DNA of 64,000 nucleotides from a virus (Duplodnaviria; Caudoviricetes): IMG/VR virus record IMGVR_UViG_3300007083_000004, positions 96,001 to 160,000 of that record; one strand, 5' to 3'. Shown piece by piece: positions 59,572 to 64,000 of this stretch (position 1 is its first letter; each line of letters starts with the position of its first letter). The notes under the pieces were generated by a model. It saw only the letters and a program-made list of their open reading frames with translations, ran no database searches and was not told where the DNA came from. The position numbers and the translations under genes were made by a program.

Positions 59572-61722
59572 ATGAGGTACACTACTGAACTTCACCCAGA
59601 GTTCTTATCCAATAACGCAAACGATCCTTGGGTAGATGTAAATTCTGCATCAAGAAAAGCAATGTTTGCAAATCACCTGTCTCAAACATTGGTAATAAAA
59701 GGATCTGAAGAAAGATACTGGCAAACGGGCGTGGAAAGTAGATTTGGAGAATTCTGCTTTTCCGTTAAAGCTCCTGCTGACATTGAAATTGTCAGGATAA
59801 TCGATAAATATCCAAAATCCAGAACTATTGGTACCCCTATTAAGAATCAACAAACAATCGCAATTTATGTTGAAATAGATACTAGAAGAATTGGTTACCT
59901 GGATTTAAGCGAATATTGCTTGGAGCATCAATACTTCGGTTTTAAATACAATAAAACCGATAGTTATAGAAAACTATGTGTAGGAGCTACATTTGAAAAA
60001 GATACAGAGTTCCTGATTTCTCCTTCCATTAAAAAAGGAGGTGGTTATGCATACGGAACAAATCTGGTATTTGCAGCAATGAGTCATCCTGCTGTATCTG
60101 AGGACGGAATATTAATATCTGAGTCTGCATTAAAGAAACTGTCGTATGACATAGTTGAATCCAGAACGATATCGTGGGGACAAAACCGATATGCTTTAAA
60201 TTTATTTGGTAATGAATCCAAATATAAAATATTTAAAGATATCGGAGAGACTATACGACCAGATGGATTAATTATGGCTACCAGGAGATTTGATGAAAAT
60301 CAAATAGTAACTGGCATGGGTTTATATGACACCATGATACTAGATATGGCTTATGATGAAAAGTTATATACCAGACCAGGTGATGGTACAGTAATCGACA
60401 TCAATGTTTATTCCGATAATCGGTCTTTGCAAAACGGAACTAATGATCAGGTTATGTTTTATCATAACCTGACAGTTAATTTCTATGAAGAAATTCTACA
60501 GGAATATAATAACCAAATAAGACAAAGAAAGAATAAAAAAATCCTGATGACAGATGAATTTCACAGGCTGGTAGTTGAGGCTTGCGCAATGACCGATTAT
60601 GATTTAGGATCTGTTGTACAAAAACTGTACCACAAAGAACCAGTCGATGATTGGAAAGTGGAATTCAAAATTTTATACAACATGGTACCTAACATAGGTA
60701 ATAAATTAACTGGAGCATCCGGTGATAAAGGCGTGGTGTGTGCTGTATATCCAGATGAAGATATGCCAGTTAACGATTATGGTGTCAGGGCAGATGTAGT
60801 GATGAGTCCTGAATCACCATTTAATAGACAGAATTTTGGAGGTTTATATGAACCATACTTCAATCAGGTAACCAGGGAGTTTCTAACCAGATCAAAAGAA
60901 ATATTGCGCGTTAGATCAGAGGAGAAACATACACAAGAATCCATTATGTTGAACATGAAACATAATCCCGAGATTTATGATAAACTATGGGAAAGATTAA
61001 TGAGGTTATACGATATATTAAGTCCTACCATGTTCGATCATTATAGTTCACCAGAATTTGATTCTGATGAATTAAGGGCTTTACATATATCCAATCTTTT
61101 CAATCATCCATGCATACATATTCTCAGTCCTACCGATGCAATGACAAAGTGGAGGCAGGCGGTCATTGATTGTGAAAGAGAATTCCCCCCAAGAATATCT
61201 CCAGTTACATATAGAGGTTATTCGGGAAAATTGGTTAGAACTAAAAAACCAATTGAATTGGGTCATAAATACTTTATGTTATTGGAGAAGATTTCTGATG
61301 ATTGGATTGCTGTAGCAACAGCAAAAATTCAACACATGGGAGTTTTAGGACAAGTCACTGCTGCCGATAAATATTCAGCTCCAGCTAAAGCCCAAGCAGT
61401 TAAAGCGACGTCTGAAGCTGAACTTAGAATTATAACATCGTATTGTAGCGATAAGGTAGCGGTAGAACTAATGGATCGAAATAACTCATTAGCCACCCAT
61501 AGGGAAAATGTTTATAACATATTGAATTCTTACACACCAACAAACCTGGAACGATCTGTTGATAGAAATAGAGTGCCATTGGGTAACAATAGAGCTTTAT
61601 CGTTATTCAAACACATTATCAGTTGCAACGGATTTAAAATGGTGTACAAGGAATATCAAGACCCCGATATTCACTTAAGAGATCAATATGTAGATAAACA
61701 AAGAGAAGTGTTAAATCCGTAG
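59572..61722 (+). CDS. Non-virion RNA polymerase beta C-terminal subunit (phiKZ gp71-73-like)
   Basis: SRKAMFANHLSQ, EDGILIS, GNKLTGASGDKGVV, DVVMSP..RQN motifs. Confidence 0.9.
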   Translation: MRYTTELHPEFLSNNANDPWVDVNSASRKAMFANHLSQTLVIKGSEERYWQTGVESRFGEFCFSVKAPADIEIVRIIDKYPKSRTIGTPIKNQQTIAIYVEIDTRRIGYLDLSEYCLEHQYFGFKYNKTDSYRKLCVGATFEKDTEFLISPSIKKGGGYAYGTNLVFAAMSHPAVSEDGILISESALKKLSYDIVESRTISWGQNRYALNLFGNESKYKIFKDIGETIRPDGLIMATRRFDENQIVTGMGLYDTMILDMAYDEKLYTRPGDGTVIDINVYSDNRSLQNGTNDQVMFYHNLTVNFYEEILQEYNNQIRQRKNKKILMTDEFHRLVVEACAMTDYDLGSVVQKLYHKEPVDDWKVEFKILYNMVPNIGNKLTGASGDKGVVCAVYPDEDMPVNDYGVRADVVMSPESPFNRQNFGGLYEPYFNQVTREFLTRSKEILRVRSEEKHTQESIMLNMKHNPEIYDKLWERLMRLYDILSPTMFDHYSSPEFDSDELRALHISNLFNHPCIHILSPTDAMTKWRQAVIDCEREFPPRISPVTYRGYSGKLVRTKKPIELGHKYFMLLEKISDDWIAVATAKIQHMGVLGQVTAADKYSAPAKAQAVKATSEAELRIITSYCSDKVAVELMDRNNSLATHRENVYNILNSYTPTNLERSVDRNRVPLGNNRALSLFKHIISCNGFKMVYKEYQDPDIHLRDQYVDKQREVLNP

Positions 61723-61768
61723 GATAATGGAGGGATTAAATCCCTCCATTATCCTTATTTTAAAATGA

Positions 61769-63784
61769 ATGGAGAATGTTATGTCTACAAAGGAAATAGT
61801 ATTTCCAGCTAGAGATCTGTTAAAATACGATCTCCTGGATTTGAAAAATTCTTTGACTGGAACCTTCCACTTGGAATTCGAAGATGGGATTCTAGCTACT
61901 AATGACAGGGAAACTATTCTGACTGTTGTTTTATGGGAATGGATTAAAGATCGACCAATTGATCTATTTAAACGACATCATATAACCGAGCATATGAAGA
62001 AAAGAAATTTCAATGGTAATAGTCACATGAATTTACTGAATGTAATTCATTGGGATATATATGAAAAATATAAAATTAAAGGTAGATTTAAAGATAACGA
62101 TCTATTAGAACAGTTATCCGAAGAACTATATATCCATGGAAATAATTTTTATAATAACATGTGCATATGGATGGAAGAAGAGGTAGCTACTGTTTCCATT
62201 AGGGATGTTATTGATTTATTTGATGTCAAAGAGATAAAAGAATCTTTAGAAACCCTAACGCCTAAAGAATCTAGTGTTTTAGGAGTAACCAGAGATATTA
62301 CCAATTTAATAGCAAAATCTGATATAGAGGATATAAAAAGAAATAACGTAGTCAGGATGGCTAGGTCTGGTGTCATAAAAACAGATCAATTGGTTCAGGC
62401 TATTGCTCCAACTGGTTTTATTGAAGACCTGGGCGGCGAGATTTTCAAATATCCACTACTCTCTAATTATACTGACGGTCATAGGAATCTATATGACATC
62501 ATGGTAGAGTCCAGAAAGGCAGCACAGGCCATTGAGGCCACTAAAACTGACCTGGAGCTATCGGCGTATCAATCCAGAAAACAGGAGCTTTTAAATGAGG
62601 CTATAATGACCGTACATCCTGGTGATTGTGGTACTATTGAATATACCACATTTAAAATCAGGAAAAATAATGGTTTAACTAAAACCGATCTTGAATTATT
62701 GGCTGGTAAATATTATTTCTTGCCTAATGATCCAGATAAAACGTTATATGAGTTAAAACTAACAGATACCCATCTTTATGGTAAGTTGATAAACCTAAGA
62801 ACTATTACTCATTGTGCACATCCCGATCCCAATGGAGTATGTGAGACATGTTTAGGTGCTTTGTCTCTTACTATACCCAATAAAACTAATCTAGGTCAAT
62901 TGATGACTACCGACCTGTATGCATTTATCATACAAAGACAATTGTCCAAAAAACATTATATGTCTAATACAGTTGTCAAGAGATTGGAGGTTCATGATGA
63001 TGATAAACGATTCATTAGGGTAGGTAAAGATGGTGTGAGTTATTATTTTACTGAAGAACTGGATGGTAAAACATTCAAGATTTCGGTAGGTAAGGACGAT
63101 GGCAATAACCTGGCAGATGTTTTATATGTGGATAATTTTGATAAATTACCATTAAACAGAATATCTGAAATAGGTAGTTTTATTTTGGAGGTAGATTATG
63201 GTGACTATACTGATACCAAACCAATAATTTTAGGTGATGGTAAAAGAAAGGCATCGTTTACTGCTGATGCATTAAAACATATCAAGAAGAAGAAAGATTG
63301 GGCAATTGAACCTAAAGGCGAAATGACCATAAATATGACAGGTTGGGATATTAATAAACCTTTAGCCATTGTACCCATGAAAGCTGATTCTTTGATTGAT
63401 TTCTCTACCAGATTTAAAGCACAAATCGAATCGGATGCAAAAAATGAATTTATCAGAAATTCCGCTATAGATCCCGATGAATTCCTGATCGATACATTTG
63501 ATTTGTTGAACTCTGAATTATCTCTTAATATGGCTCAGGTAGAAACTGTAGTCTATGGAGTAATGATTAGAGACGCTGAATCTGGTAGATATGAATTACC
63601 TAAACCTTGGTCAAGAAAAGGACTTGGTGTTATGAAAAGAGTAATGAGTGGAAGATCATTATCGGCCGCAATGGCATTCGAGGATCATTCCAAAACTTTC
63701 TCTTCCTTGAAATCCTTTACCATAACCAACAGATTGGATCATGTGATGGACTTGCATATTGATTGCAATATACCGAGGAAGTAA
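61769..63784 (+). CDS. Non-virion RNA polymerase beta-prime C-terminal subunit (phiKZ gp74-like)
   Basis: DCGT and C..PDPNGVCETC Zn ligands, RSLSAAMAFE; ATG 61781 after GGAG may be the real start. Confidence 0.85.
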   Translation: MENVMSTKEIVFPARDLLKYDLLDLKNSLTGTFHLEFEDGILATNDRETILTVVLWEWIKDRPIDLFKRHHITEHMKKRNFNGNSHMNLLNVIHWDIYEKYKIKGRFKDNDLLEQLSEELYIHGNNFYNNMCIWMEEEVATVSIRDVIDLFDVKEIKESLETLTPKESSVLGVTRDITNLIAKSDIEDIKRNNVVRMARSGVIKTDQLVQAIAPTGFIEDLGGEIFKYPLLSNYTDGHRNLYDIMVESRKAAQAIEATKTDLELSAYQSRKQELLNEAIMTVHPGDCGTIEYTTFKIRKNNGLTKTDLELLAGKYYFLPNDPDKTLYELKLTDTHLYGKLINLRTITHCAHPDPNGVCETCLGALSLTIPNKTNLGQLMTTDLYAFIIQRQLSKKHYMSNTVVKRLEVHDDDKRFIRVGKDGVSYYFTEELDGKTFKISVGKDDGNNLADVLYVDNFDKLPLNRISEIGSFILEVDYGDYTDTKPIILGDGKRKASFTADALKHIKKKKDWAIEPKGEMTINMTGWDINKPLAIVPMKADSLIDFSTRFKAQIESDAKNEFIRNSAIDPDEFLIDTFDLLNSELSLNMAQVETVVYGVMIRDAESGRYELPKPWSRKGLGVMKRVMSGRSLSAAMAFEDHSKTFSSLKSFTITNRLDHVMDLHIDCNIPRK

Positions 63785-63790
63785 TCGTAT

Positions 63791-63821
63791 ATGGGATGTG
63801 GGCATTATGCCCACATCCCAT
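63791..63821. terminator. Inverted repeat terminator
   Basis: ATGGGATGTGGGCAT-T-ATGCCCACATCCCAT. Confidence 0.7.
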
Positions 63822-64000
63822 TATCCAAACCTATGTTGTTTTAATGATAAGATTGGATGATTTATGAATAAAATACATTTAAGGGTATTCAGTCATAATT
63901 ATTGCGTCAGAATACACAAATCAAATAAAATAGCACAGGCAGTTCTTAATAAATTTTCTTATATTTTTAATGAGTATGAATGGAACAAGACAGGAGGATC

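Noticed and set aside
544-62376. Other short ORF-track entries nested in or antisense to long genes (e.g. 1642, 4203, 8677, 21103, 30084, 35469, 50108, 58402)
   Set aside because: Fully overlap well-supported genes and lack SD or motif support
1-64000. Alternative genetic code (stop-codon reassignment)
   Set aside because: Core genes are full length in the standard code and end in TAA, TAG and TGA; only one internal stop was seen

Overview
AT-rich (roughly 30% GC by eye) segment of a nucleus-forming, phiKZ-like jumbo phage (Chimalliviridae-type). phiKZ gp numbers below are assigned from motifs and synteny recalled from that family, not from a database search. Left (1-16 kb): head-maturation protease, tail tube and sheath, three large structural genes and terminase large subunit. 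16-18.8 kb: a mostly non-coding, origin/packaging-like region with four long G-runs, a 40-nt alternating purine/pyrimidine tract, AT palindromes and degenerate direct repeats. 18.8-35 kb: accessory region with three tRNAs, a DHFR broken by a single in-frame TAA, a cluster of envelope-targeted proteins ending in a full type Va autotransporter whose signal peptide sits in the -1-shifted upstream frame, a gene split at a G9 tract, a membrane-anchored lytic transglycosylase and several decayed genes. 35-64 kb: conserved core with internal head protein, PhuZ tubulin, family-B DNA polymerase, chimallin, non-virion RNA polymerase subunits, SbcD, ChmC-like and PicA-like genes, interrupted by tRNA-Arg and thymidylate synthase. 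Nearly every transcription unit ends in a long inverted repeat, often a perfect 32-48 bp palindrome. Three unannotated, GC-enriched, multi-hairpin intergenic elements look like ncRNAs; one displays anti-Shine-Dalgarno loops complementary to the phage's own RBSs.
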